Source: Trichoplax sp. H2
Taxonomy: Eukaryota
DNA length: 64,000 nucleotides
Assembly (NCBI GenBank): GCA_003344405.1
Contig: NOWV01000110.1
Coordinates: 186,001-250,000, forward strand
Reading direction: 5' to 3'
The first letter of the stretch is position 1. Each line of letters opens with the position of its first letter. Below the pieces are notes generated by a model. It ran no database searches, was not told the origin of the DNA, and worked only from the letters and a program-made list of their open reading frames with translations. The translations under genes and the position numbers were made by a program. Below are positions 11,034 to 24,705 of the stretch, one piece after another.

Positions 11034-14000
11034 TTAGTTAGTGGATACCTCACTTCTAAATGGCAGTAACTGCGGTATAATAGGTACAGAAGACTGCGAT
11101 AATGTTGAAATATTAATAGGTCTCTCTGACGCAAGAAGATTCTTTACTGGCGTTCCAGAAACCGAATTGAAAGAATTTAGCGGGTTAGAAGAGACAGGAT
11201 TATTTACATTTACATTAGGTGTAGATCCGGCCGCTGGTGTGGCCATATTTACATTGCCGACTGTTAACGGAGAACTTGTAGATTGTTGGAGACTTGCTAA
11301 AAACTTAGACGGAGTAGATGGGCTTTCGTTGGATACAATCGCTGGTGTTATATCAACGGGATTAGGGTTCCCAAACGTAGGAGTCTGGGGAAGTGTTGAA
11401 TTTTCCATTATGGTAGAACTAGATTCCGATTCCAAGAATTTGATAAACAGCTCTGTAAAGGACTGGTACAGGAATAAAATTGTATTAGGTAAAAATACAC
11501 CATTCTCAGATAGATAGAGGATAAACCTTTCAAAGAGCGGCAGTTAAAGGTCTAGAATAGCACAGTAGAAAATAGAAATTACCTGATCGCTATTTGGCGC
11601 TGCCTGTACTGATTGTTCCTGAGGCTGGCTGCTAAATCCTAACCAACTTGTCACCCAACTTCTGTTTGGTGCATTAAGTCCAACCTTTAAGTAGATCCAT
11701 TATAGCAATTACAGTTAGACTTATTTACGGTGAATCATTATACGCATCCATAATTATTTTAAAATTATACCTTTGATTTCTCATCATCAGTTAATTCTAG
11801 TATATTACTCAATACTTTCAGCGCATCGCCCTTTTTGTTATTTGAAACAGTTAGGTAACTGACAAGCATATTCTTTACTAAAATCCTAGTTAGTTAATTT
11901 AAAAGAAACAATATTAACAAACAGAAAAGTTACCATGAAATTTTGATCTTTATATAAGATTTAAGAGAAAATATGTATTTATTCCATTATTAAATTTAGT
12001 AATAACTTATGTTGAACTTACTTATCAACTCGGGCCTGATTTGAAGTTTGCATCATTTTTAGATGTTTTTTAGCTTCTTGCAGGAATGATTCTTTTCTTC
12101 TAACTAATTGTCAATTTGATAATTTATCATATTAACCTCTAAGGATACCATATAAGCTATATACAATAAATTATTTTGGTTTATTCCTCGACGTTAATCA
12201 TCGTCATTACCTTCATTTGTTAAATTTCGAATTATACTGTCTTTCGTTTTAAGTTGTGCATCGAGTTGTTCAACTTTACTCGCAGTAAGAATTGTCTGCT
12301 CTAATTGATCCTTTACAATAACAAATCATCGCCTTATAAATATCTATTAATATTTAAATCTACAGTCAAGGTAAAGGCTTTTACCCGAGCATCCTTTTCC
12401 TTCCTTTGTAGTTCTTCATTTTCTCGTTTCATCTTCTTTAGCTGTTGCTCTAAAAGTTGTAACTCGGTGGCATTCAAACTGGACTGATCTAATACGGCAA
12501 AGATAATAAAGGAAATAACTAAATTTACTTAAAAATAATACTGCACTCACTTTAGATGTACGAGTACCTCTCTGAAATTGCTCTAGCACAATTTGCAAAT
12601 TGTTAAGGGAGAGCTCTCGCTGTTGTAGTTGTTCTTGGGTTAACATAAGTTGATGTAAAGCATTATCACGCTGTACAACAGCTGCATCTAACTGCTTCTG
12701 TAGACTTTCAATTTGTAGGAATGCTTGACGACTAATAATATACAAATAATTAGTCAACAATAGAACAGCCATGAACAAATAATTGAAGTAAATCAAAGGC
12801 TTTAGTGATCGCACGTTTGCAGGAGTTATCATAAGATAATAGCACGTATAATTATTTACTATATATACAACGGATACCTATTATTTTGAGCTAAACTGGT
12901 ACTATTTAACATTTGAGCTTGTGCTGACGATAACTGTTGATATAGCGCTTCCTCTGTGCTTTTTGCCTTCAGTGCTTCCTGTGTGTATGACTCTTCAATC
13001 TACCATAACAAATGTCAATAGTCATTTAATGATAAATTAGAAGATATACCCACTAAAAATAAAGTCAACTAGAATTGCAAAAATGATAGCTAATGACAAT
13101 ATAACAGAGCATACCTGAACTAAGTGCTGTCGAAGTCGTTCAAGTTCTGTTTGGTGTTTCTGCTCATTTGTAGCTAATTTATTAAGTAATCCTTCATTTT
13201 CTATCCTCATGGCACTTATATCATTATCATATTTCTTAACAACGTACTCTAATTGAGTTATGGTGCTTTGTTTGATTGAAGCATCTTCTTGAAGTTTCAA
13301 TGAGTCCGACTGAAGCTTACTAATCGTATCTTTATCAACCCCAATTATATTTGTCAATTTATGAACTTCTGATTGCAAAGAACTAACTTCCCGCTGTCGC
13401 TCCATCACTGTTTGTAGAAGTTGATTACGTTCGTCATCTAAATCTTGTAATTTCTTCTTTAACTGATTATTTTCATTCGTAGCATCAGAATTATTTTCAT
13501 GATTCACAAATGTAGCCTGTTGAATTTCATTAACACGTTTAGCCATATCATTGCGCTCAATTTGAAGTCTTTCAATTTCTTCAACAAGATTGTTCCTTTC
13601 TTGCTTCACTTTGCTAATTTCTATATCCTTCTGCATCACCAACTGTTGATAATCATTTTTATGAAGCTCTTTGATTTCCATTAATTTAGAATTGTGATTT
13701 TGAGATTCCAATTGTAATTGCTTCACTTGAGCTTGCATGCCTTCATTTCGTATTTCTGCCTGTCGTACTTCTTCTGTTAGAGCTTGATTAGCACTTTGTA
13801 GTTGTACTTTCTCATTTTCAAGGTTTTTTATTGTGCTTCTTTGATTTTGTACTTCTTCTTTTAATTCCTCACTCTCACTTGAAACTTTAAAGTTAGCTTT
13901 GGCGTCGCTAAGTAATTTCGCATTTTCACTTCGTAAAGAATCTATTTCTACTGCTATTTGTCGATTAGAATCTTCACTGGCTTTTAATGTATCTGTTAAG

Positions 14001-17000
14001 GTTTGAATTTCGTCTTCAAGCTGAACTTTAGTATTATCTAAAGACTCAATAGTGTTACGTTTCTTCAGTATCTCCATTTCGAGTGTATCCTTCTCTTTTG
14101 ATATCTTGCTATAATTGATATTAGCGCCTTGTAACTGTTCAGTAAGCTCGGTTATTTTAGCGTCGGTAGATTTCGTTAAATTCACTTTTAATTCTTCATA
14201 TTCAGTCAATTTACTATTCAAAGTTTCAATTTCTTCGCGAAGATGTTCTATTTCCATTAGTAACTGTTCTTTTTCATCATTCCCTTCAATAACTTGCCTA
14301 TTGGCAACTTTTAGCTGTTCATAATTGGCAATTAAAGACCTATTTTCTTGATTTAAGGCATCATTCGCATTTTTCAATGCTTTTAATTTGGTTCTACTAT
14401 CCAGTAATGCATTTTCCAAACTTTCTTTTTCTAATTCCCAATTACTTAGTACTTCTTCAGACAAAGAAGCTGATGAAGATAATCCTAGCATCTACATAAA
14501 TCATAAAATAAAATTTAGAGTATTGATAAAAAAATGGGAAACATAGATATGGATATTAAGCGAATTACCTGATCTTGCAAGGATTGAATATTGTCCGTTA
14601 AGGTTTCATTTCCTGCCTTGAGATTTTCCATAACTAAATGCAGCTCATCGTTCTTTACTTTTTCGCTGGCCAACTGATCTTCCGAAATTTTTAATTGTTC
14701 ATGTAATGAACGACTTTCAGATTTTAACTCTTCCAATAAGTGAGTATGTTTTTGATCGCTTGAGATCTTGTTTTCCAGTGAGGAATCTCTTTCTTCAGTT
14801 AGTGCTAAGAGTTGAGATTCCAGACTAAGTATTTTCTTTTCATACGTTTGATTCTTTTCTTCTACACTTTGATCGCGTAACTTGTGGTCTTGTTGATTCT
14901 GCAATATTTCCATAGAAAGAGAGTCTTTCATTTTAGTTAATTCCTCCACTTTTTCCTCTAGTTCACGTTTCTGCTGTTCACTCTTTGTTGAAGCCATTTG
15001 GAATTTGTCTCTTTCTTTGGTAATGTTTTGTATCAATTTGTTTAAATTAGAAGTTTTATCCTCATAATCTTGCTTAACTTTTTCTATTTCATTATACTCA
15101 GTCGTCAAAGTAGACCATTGTTCTTTCAAATTCTTCAGCTCTGATTTGCACTCTTCCAATTGGATGTTCGCATCAGCTAATCTTTTTTCCGTAGTCATTA
15201 ATTCTTCAATTGTAAATGATGTCTGGGTTATTGTATCGGTATATTCTGTAGATAGTTTATTTCTACTAGACTCCAACTGTTCGTTCTGTCCTTTAATTTG
15301 CTCTTCCAATGCTACTATTTTTTTCCTAGATTTATCTTGATATTGCGTCAATTTAAGATTAAGTGCTTTTAGTTTATATTTTAAAGCCTCGGTTTCCTTA
15401 CTAGTAGTTGCAGATGCTTTTTTCTCACGCTCCAGTTGAGCTTTGGTTTCTTCAAGGCATTTCAGGCTTTCTTCATATTTAGCAGTTATTTCTGTTAAAT
15501 TGTCTTGTAATCGTTTGTTGTTGGAAACATTGATATCGTCAGTAATAACTAAATCTTTATTAATATCTTCGCCGTCCAATGAATCTTGAGATTGTGGTAA
15601 ATTTCGTTGTCGCTTTACCTTTTGAACACCATCCTGCAGCCGTTGAAGGTGCTCAAAAACTTCGATATTATCTCCTGTATTCATAGATTTTAAATTTGAC
15701 TGTAGACGTGATAGTCTCTTTGATATTTCACTAATACTTTCATTCAAATCTCCTTCGTTATCGTGAGTACTTTCTTCTGTCTTCGAATCGCTTTGTATCA
15801 TCGATTCAACTAAGTGATGTGAAGAAGCGTATAAAATGTTGTTAATATACGCTATTATCAGAGTTGATAACATAATCAATAAGTATTACAATAAAAATCT
15901 ATGACCTAAATTTTTAGTAATTTAGTTGATCAAAGAACTAATTTGATTTGTGGATCTTGCATTGAAAGCCAAACGAGAAACGCTCTGGAAAGTCTTACCT
16001 TGGGTAGAATTTTGAATTTGTTCTTTTAAAAGTTTAATTGTCTCAGCATCATCTAAACGAGATTCATTCAAGGCGTTAGTTTCCTCTTTATGCTTCTGCA
16101 TTACAGCGCGTATCCTTTCATTATGAACTTGTTCTAGAGCTACCATTTCACGATTATGGTCATCTATTTCTTTGCTTAATTGCGATTTCAGATCCTGTTA
16201 AAGTAAAGATTAGGTCATGTAGGTGTGTTAAGAACATATCTACGCCATGGTAAAAAATTCTATTCTACTGAAATCTATGACAATGATTTCATCGATAATG
16301 CATGCCTGAATAATGTTGTGCAAAGGTTCCAAATCAGCATTATCAGCGATAGGCTTGCTCTTCTTTTTCTCCTATATTAATTAAAGTTACATTTGCTGTT
16401 AGTACAATTTTTATATCCACTAATACATCAACTTTGGTAATTAATCCATGTCCACGTCTTAAGTAAATCTTGACTGTTGTCCCGTACGCTGTGTCGAAGA
16501 TAACTTACTTCATCGGCAATATGTCTCCATCGATCGCGTTCAACCTGCATCTTCGAGAATTCCATTGATAATCTATTAATCTCTCTTTGACATGAAATTA
16601 TATCAGTAAAGTCAACAGTTTCCGGAAACGTTAGACCGGTAGATGTATTGGGCATATTTAGGGTAACTTGTCTTTGCTGCTCCATCGAAGCCTTGTCAAC
16701 TAAGGCAGCATCTATAAGTTGCTGTTTCTCCAACATTTCTTCGTTCTGTTGCTTAAGACTCTTCAGTTGATTCTATTCGACAAATTTCATATCAATTTAA
16801 AACATTTCAAATGTAAACAGCTGTGCCATATTAACATTATATGAATAGAAATACGCACATGTCAATACTAGAGACATTGTTTGTATACAAAATGTAAAAT
16901 TCGTATAGTTAGATCTACAGTATTAAGATTAACCAGTATAAATGATACTGCTTAAAAAGTGTCACATAAGGACCTTAAATGACTGAAATAATGATTGCAT

Positions 17001-20000
17001 TATTTATGACAACAAATTGATTATTCTTTAACACGTAGACAATAATAGCTTTGTGTCAATCAAGGAGCGCTTATGATGTTTACCTCTTTTTCTAGTAAAA
17101 GTTGTCGATATTCTCGTGATATACTTGATATTTGCAATTCAGCAGCTTCAGAGCGCTCTTCCATTTCATTTTGATGCCTTTTCAATCTTTCATACTAGAT
17201 ATTGAACGCTCTTAATTAATAAAAAGTAAAATTGTGCCAGGAGAATATTATCTGTGCCATTCATTGGTAGAACTGTACTACAGCAATTGTACTCGTATTC
17301 ATGAATTTTGATAACCTTCTAGTAAAATTAATAATTAGCCATCGACTTTCAAAATGTACGGTTCAGTAGATTAATTTTTTTTCTATTCATGTTTTCCTGT
17401 TTGAGCTCATACACTGCATCAAGACCAGTAATCACTATTTTGAGTTTTAAGGCTTAACACATTGACACATATTGTGTATAAATTGCTGTTTAGGCCTAAC
17501 GATTATTAAATGTATGACACAGGTACTAAATAATTTTAAAATAGTGAAATTGATTTCATTGGTTAAGGTTGGTGATATCATTTACACCTTTAACATTAAT
17601 TTTATTACCTCTTCCTTATGTTGCTGTGCATCAGCTTCTAATTGTGTAATGAGATTTCTAGCAATTTGCAGCTCAGTAAGATGATCTACATTTAAATATA
17701 AGACCACAGTCGGAAAGATGACCATTAGCTAATTCAATTATTTTATTACAAGGATAAAGTCGCACTCAATGTATATCAAGATATGTGACACTAAAGAGCT
17801 CTTCGATACCGGATATCCCCCCACAATACCATCGTTCACAATTAGCGAACGATATGCATCGACTACGGGTTATCCAAAGAGGGATAAGATGGTTTTTATA
17901 TCGTAAACACTTTACACAAACTGCCGTCTTATTCTATTTCATCTGTATTATGGTCAATCAAACGAGGCTATTAGTGTCTATTTACTATACCGATAAGTAT
18001 GAGACAGACATTGGATACTTGATTAATCACAGCTACTTTAACATCTCTGTTCAGTTAAGTCATAAAATATTATGCACAGATTTGTTTCCATCTCTACATG
18101 TATTTCATTTTCAACTTCAAACATGTTTTGTCGTGATAGCTCCAACAGGATATAACACTATCATCGGCATACGATCATCTTTACTTGGTTAACGCCATAC
18201 ATTTAAATTATTTCTTGTATCATTGCGGCGATTTAATATAGTCTGCGTATCAACAATGTATATCCAAGAGGACTAAATTAATGTCGTCTAACTTTACTAG
18301 CAAGAAAAAATAAATTGTATTTCGATTCCTTTAGCCGGTTTCTATAACATGTTGAGATCTTATGGTAGTATTGGAAAATTATTTACTGGATCGATAAGTA
18401 TGATGCTTACAACGTTCTCTCTCACGATGAGTATGACCATTGCCACTACCCGTCATTATCTAGAGTGGTATATGAATTATTTATTTTACATTTATATCAG
18501 TATTTCATTTACAGTAGCAGCTTTTTCTAGTTCCATGACAGCAATACTATCCTTGTCATGGCAATCTATTATGTGTGTCTACCATGAACGTTGGAGAGGA
18601 TTGCTTTGATTATCCGACCCGATTCATTGCAAACTGTAGCCTCCATGTTCTGTATTTTATCTATATCATGGTCTATCCTGAGAGATTATTAAAGCATCAT
18701 TGATAAGCTATAAAGTATGGATGATACCCATTCCCTCCAAGCAGTAATATTACGACACTCATTATTATTCCATGTCTATCTATATCCAATCATCAACAGT
18801 CAAAGCTGAATTATTTTAGACATCTATTGTAATTCCAATTATAATAGAAATTATACATCTAGTTCCATCATACTAGAGACATGGTGTGATCCTTCTATCA
18901 TTACCGAAGTTGTCCATGATATGCATCCACTATGGATGCCCGAGAGGATTACAATAATCGTCTTACCTTATTCATTTCAATCTAACTGTAGCCTTTTCAC
19001 AGTCTTTTAACCATATCAACATCGATCGTAGTACGACATTAAAATATCATTGATTGACTGCATGCATAAGTAGGACCAAGACGCCCATCTATGACTAGGA
19101 TAACGATCACTATTGCTCTATATCTTGAATATACCATTAACAACCATACTAGACGAATTATTCTACATTTCTACACGTATTTCAATATCACTGTAGTCTT
19201 TACATCATCCAACTCGTATACCCATATCAAGCTCATCGTATTACAACATTAGAGTATGATTCATTCAGCCGGTGGATCAATAAGATCCAACACGCTCTTC
19301 CATCACTAGAATGACGATCATCATTGCTGTACAGTATGTCTTTAAATATCTCGTCAACAGTCAAAGTAAACGAATTCGATAACTACTGTACATTTCTAGG
19401 CATATTTCAATGGAACTACAGTACATCCTTTTCTTAATCTATATCATCCTCTACGACGATCGAGTTGGATTCATTAACCCTATCGACAAGGAGGACCACT
19501 ACACTCTTCTATCTATCCAATGACAATCATCATTCCTGTATATCTTTAACATGCCAATTACTGTCGTACTACACGAATGATTCTACCCTTTGACACCTAT
19601 TTCATTTACAAACATCGTCTAACATGGCTGGAAAGGCGTAGTCATGTTATCCAACTGTGGGTAACCGTATCAGTCGTTTGACAGAGACAGGAATGGAATT
19701 ATGGTCATAATGTATTCTGGTTTTGTACCCATTCTAATCTATTTTCCATTTATACAAGGATTCCTTTTGAAAAGAGTCTGTTCTGACTGCACTAGAATCG
19801 AGTTATCATAATATCCTACTGGTGTTATTAAATTGTCAACCATCCTCTTGCTCTCCAATGGCGATTTCATTGAATTTGCTGTACCTTGAGGGATAATCGT
19901 TGATTGCACATGGGAATCATTGGGCCAATCCAACTACTCCATGGATGATTTTAGCCCGTTGATTTCATCCTCATGCTATTGCACTCTCCCGTCTATTGGT

Positions 20001-20181
20001 CATTGATCGATTGGCATTTCTCGCATCGATCTTGTGTATCCAATGGCTCCATTTTTATTGTGGTTACTAAGCAATGGAAAGACTTACCTGGAATCTCTTG
20101 TGTTCCTTCGACCAAGACATCTTTAGTAAAGTTGGAAATTTGATCGGTGATATTATTAAAACTGCCAGTAAACCACGCCAT
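11034..20181 (-). CDS. TRIP11: Golgin GMAP-210 / thyroid receptor-interacting protein 11, multi-exon coiled-coil protein with C-terminal GRAB domain
   Basis: Exon 1 (20181-20088) MAWFTGSFNNITDQISNFTKDVLVEGTQEI matches the TRIP11 N-terminus (GQISNFTKDMLMEGTEEV); exons 17685-17609, ~17195-17084 (EAAELQI..YRQLLLEKE) and ~16772-16508 (DFTDIISCQREINRLS..WRHIA); long coiled-coil exons ~15810-14568 and ~14491-13115; GRAB-like ILVKNMLVSYL..DALKVLSNILEL (~11885-11771); SFTELFIKFLESES. The 3' end is uncertain: read-through stop at 11034, or a further small exon near 10847. Confidence 0.92.
18600..19600. repeat. Degenerate tandem array (~210-bp period) in TRIP11 intron 1
   Basis: (G/A)ATCA(T)CATT(G/C)CT(G/C)TA..TCTT-like motifs at ~18760, 19107, 19316 and 19525 with similar flanks (TCAACAGTCAAAG twice; ACGAATxATTCTAC twice). 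Confidence 0.6.
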
Positions 20182-20361
20182 AATGGCGCTACAGTGGTCT
20201 CACTTGGTGATAATTGGCTTGGAAATAAATAAATACCAATAACCAATTCAAGAAGGGGAAAAATAACCAGCAAAAACGAAGCAAATTCACCAACTAAGAG
20301 ATGGTCCAAGTTGAACTATTTAAGCGTCCATTGGCCTCTTTGTTACGTCATTTTGCCCGCT

Positions 20362-21351
20362 GACCGGGACTGTCCACAACGATCCGTCTGTCGGCTGAGC
20401 TGACCAAGATTGATGCGTCCCCGGTGGTGACTTGGCCTATGGTTTGCCAGGTCGTCACGCTGTCACTTCTGTCTGTCAAAGGGATTTCTACTCAGTGTAC
20501 TGTAGATCAAGAGGGAAATGAAGTGACTGAAACAGTCGATGAAAGTGATACTATAGTAATAAAAAAGTCGTTAACCGTGGATAGTAGTGGACAGGGTGAT
20601 GTTGATGTGGCCAGTCTATTAGCGAGAATGGATGGCGTGGATTTGTCGAGAATGTCGACAATAAGCAAACAGAAACAACATGGACGAATGAATAGCGTCT
20701 TGACAACTTGAAACACATGCTGTATTGTCAGCACTTGCAGCTTCTACAAGTCAACATTAGTTTAGGTCGAGTAGGTTGCTGGACGTGAATGAAATTCACT
20801 TTAAAGCGATCGCTGGAACTTGTCACGCTGTCACTTCTGTCTGTAAAAGGGACTTGTGTATTGTGTACTCACTGTACTGTACACTGTACACTGTACAGTA
20901 TTGTACGGACCGGACTGTCCGCAACGATCCGTCTGTCGGCCGAGCTGACTATGGTTTGCCAGGTCGTCACGCTGTCACTTCTGTCTGTCAAAGGGATTTC
21001 TACTCAGTGTACTGTAGATCAAGAGGGAAATGAAGTGACTGAAACAGTCGATGAAAGTGATACTATAGTAATAAAAAAGTCGTTAACCGTGGATAGTAGT
21101 GGACAGGGTGATGTTGATGTGGCCAGTCTATTAGCGAGAATGGATGGCGTGGATTTGTCGAGAATGTCGACAATAAGCAAACAGAAACAACATGGACGAA
21201 TGAATAGCGTCTTGACAACTTGAAACACATGTTGTATCGTCTGCTTTTGCAGCTTCTACAAGTCAACATTAGTTTAGGTCGAGTGGGTTGATGGACGTGA
21301 ACGAATTTCACTTTAGAGTACAGTGCAAGGAAAAGCGATCGTTGGAACTTG
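20362..21351. repeat. Near-identical tandem duplication (20362-20822 vs 20908-21351) upstream of TRIP11
   Basis: Core CTATGGTTTGCCAGG...TTGAAACACATG is essentially identical at a 512-bp offset; a third partial copy (GTCACGCTGTCACTTCTGTCTGT) lies at ~20822. Confidence 0.95.
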
Positions 21352-21393
21352 GAATATGGCTTGTCCGTCTGTCCATTTGCAATGGTATCAAGT

Positions 21394-22999
21394 CTGGAAA
21401 GAGTAGTTCTAACGATAGAGCTTAGTGTAGGACTGTTCATAGTCGGTAGAACAACTCAGTTTACCAATGTTGTCAAGGCCAGCGTTATTGATAATATAAT
21501 GTTTAATGTTATAGGTCATTTCATCATGGCCAATCGGCCGTAGTCAGAACCAAGTTAGTTTGCTTTCTCATACTACCGTGCATACATGTGTAAAATAGAT
21601 GTCATATTATTTCTTGGTGTTATACTCGAAACAACACTGAAGTGAATGACATCTGTTTTACATCTAGATGTACGGTGTACAGTAAGTCATTTCATCATGG
21701 CCGATCGGCCGTAGTCAGAACCAAGTTAGTTTGCTTTCTCATACAGTACTACCTTACAAATATGCGCAAAATAGATGTCATATTATTTCTTGCTGTTTTA
21801 TTAGAAACAATGTTTAATCGAATGACATCTGTTTTACATCGAGGTGTACAGTGCACAGTGTACACGGCACAGTACAGCACAGTACAGTACAGTTCATTTC
21901 ATCATACAGTACTGTACAGTACTGTAGCCCATGGACCGTACAGTACAGCTACAGTAAAAAGATTCTAGACTTAGTACTGTAGACTCTACTTACAAGCAGC
22001 TATGCAACCAGCACAGCTGGCGATTGCAGATTGCAGAAACCTGCAAGCATCGTTGACATATTGACTTTGCTCCTACGCCATCTTCGCGCTTTTCTCAGCT
22101 GTTTAAAGCGTCTTATTGATTTTATGGAGGTTTACTAAGTCAATCATGACAGCTACCTTGTCTGTTATTGGTGAATTGATTGGTGAATAACTGTTGNNNN
22201 NNNNNNNNNNNNNNNNCTGGAAAGAGTAGTTCTAACGATAGAGCTTAGTGCAGGACTGTTCATAGTCGGTAGACCAACTTCGGTTTACCAATGTAGTCAA
22301 GGCCAGCGTTATTGATAATATAATGTTTAATGTTATAGGTCATTTCATCATGGCCAATCGGCCGTAGTCAGAACCAAGTTAGTTTGCTTTCTCATACTAC
22401 CGTAAATACATGTGTAAAATAGATGTCATATTATTTCTTGGTGTTATAGTGGAAACAACACTGAAGTGAATGACATCTGTTTTACATCTAGATGTACGGT
22501 GTACAGTAAGTCATTTCATCATGGCCAATCGGCCGTAGTCAGAACCAAGTTAGTTTGCTTTCTCATACAGTACTACCTTACACACATGCGCAAAATAGAT
22601 GTCATATTATTTCTTGGTGTTTTAGTAGAAACAATGTTTAACTGAATGACATCTGTTTTACATCGAGGTGTACAGTGCACAGTGTACACTGCACAGTACG
22701 GTACAGTACTGTACTGTGCAGTCATTTCATCATGGCCGATGGGCCGTACAGTACTAGCCTACAGTAAAAAGATTCTAGACTTGGTACTGTAGACTCGACT
22801 TACAAGCAGCTATGCAACCAGCACAGCTGGCGATTGCAGAAACCTGCAAGCATCGTTGACATATTGACTTTGCTCCTACGCCATTTTCGCGCTTTTCTCA
22901 GCTGTTTAAAGCGTCTTATTGATTTTATGGAGGTTTACTAAGTCAATCATGACAGCTACCTTGTCTGTTATTGGTGAATTGATTGGTGAATAACTGTTG
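21394..22999. repeat. Gap-flanking duplication (21394-22196 vs 22217-22999), each copy containing a ~172-bp tandem repeat
   Basis: CTGGAAAGAGTAGTTCT...GAATAACTGTTG is present on both sides of the N-run 22197-22216; internal units start GTCATTTCATCATGGCC at ~21514, 21686 and (partial) 21893. Confidence 0.9.
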
Positions 23000-23007
23000 G
23001 GTGAGTC

Positions 23008-23334
23008 ATGGAGGACGCAGTCCAATGCCCACAATCGGAGAACATCAACTTCGCTTTGAGAGCATACCAGCAATGGGACCATCAAAACAGATTACTCTTC
23101 TTAACATCATTTCATACCAAGTGCTGCCAATGCAGTGTGATTGAAATGTTAAGTCAAAGCTTTGAAGGGCTAGCCAGCGCACCCAAGTTACCGGATACTT
23201 TTTTCCAAGTGGATGTAGAATGGATCATCAATCAATGGGAAGGATGGAATGAAGAAGATCGATCACAATTTATAACGGCCATTCGCTGCATCGATCAGCC
23301 GCTATTTAGACTGGTATTTCAATGCCAGCAATAG
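23008..23334 (+). CDS. C14orf119-like protein (DUF4508 family), single coding exon, 108 aa
   Basis: Two W...R..F helical repeats (WDHQNRLLFL and WEGWNEEDRSQFI..I..ID..F) separated by L..SFEGL..P..FF, matching my recollection of human C14orf119 (WSGPQRERFL..LLDSLEQL..PSIFECQL..WFRGWAEQERNEFV). Confidence 0.72.
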   Translation: MEDAVQCPQSENINFALRAYQQWDHQNRLLFLTSFHTKCCQCSVIEMLSQSFEGLASAPKLPDTFFQVDVEWIINQWEGWNEEDRSQFITAIRCIDQPLFRLVFQCQQ

Positions 23335-24705
23335 CGCTCGTACACTGTACTTAATCTTCCCTTTAAAGTTATTTTATATCTTTCTTGCTATAGCATCATT
23401 AGCATCGCTTACAAGGCTTCTTTACTATATGCCAATTTTCATCAATGATGTCCATGCTGAGAACTGAATGAAGCATGATACAAGGTTCATCAATCATTTT
23501 TTCTACTTTGACGCGTGTATCACACCTTCTTCGTCGTTTCTTAAACTATAGTGGATGCGATTGTTGCGGTACATTAACTCAGCAATACCTCGTATGATCG
23601 TTATTAAGATGCTCGTTGTGACAGAGATGTTGACCTTGATATGGCAAAGTTATTTTCTACCATGCTAGATTCCAATCCACGCTAGGGTACTCATTTATAG
23701 TCATATTGCTTCAAAACTTGGACATGGTAATAATTGTCATTCCAATTCTGCACGACTGCCACGAAACCTTAGCAGATATTGGCTTGGAGGCTCCTTTGGT
23801 AATGGTTGATGTGATCAACTTTAAATTGCCACTTAATGAAGAATATTACAATACTCTGTTCAAATTAGTTTTCGTAAAGTTTGAAACTTTCCTAGGATTC
23901 GTAATTTTAAAAAATCGAATCTAATAATTTATTCTTTTAACTGCAATAAACAGAATCTCTAACAGGTGTAAAATAATTGAATCTGTGAAACTGTACCATT
24001 GCAGTATCAAATGCAATGTAATCCTAATTTGTCATTCCAATTCCTGGACCAAATATACTAACGGCCATGCAGACCAATACCAGTATTATTTACATTTCAT
24101 TCATACTATTTGTTTTCGTTCGTTGGATAACCTTGTAGGGGTGCTTAAATTTCTTTTAATCATGAAAAATAGTCTTACAGTTAATTATCTCTGTAAAGAC
24201 CTGAAATTCATAACCTCAATAGATGTTCAATAATTTTAAATAAATTGCAATATGTCCTGTTCTAGATAGGGTCATTTTACTAATGAAATATCTCCGATCT
24301 CGAATCTCGCGCAATTTAGTAGTATATTAATAAAACTCTGGATGTATCTGACATCTATCCTTCGTGTAATGGATCTAGTACTATTACTCAATCATTGCGT
24401 TATCAGGTGTATTATGGGTAAACTTCAAATCGTGCATCATTCCTTCCAGTTTCAACAAGGTAAATAATAAGCCGCACAAGAAAGAAAGTAGCTACAATAG
24501 TTTTATGCAGCTTTAGACAACAAGAAACCCTTTATAAGCCTACAGCAAAATAAATCTCCCCCTTCCAAGTATGATCTATGAGCCTTACAATACTGGATTA
24601 AAACGCGCAAATTTTTTTATTTAATATACGCAATGTACAGTATATTATCATACATGATAGCTGTCGATATGGATACAAAAATATGTATGTAACGATGTAG
24701 TCATT

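Noticed and set aside
11041-11517. 158-aa plus-strand ORF
   Set aside because: Antisense shadow of the Ser/Pro/Thr-rich terminal TRIP11 exon.
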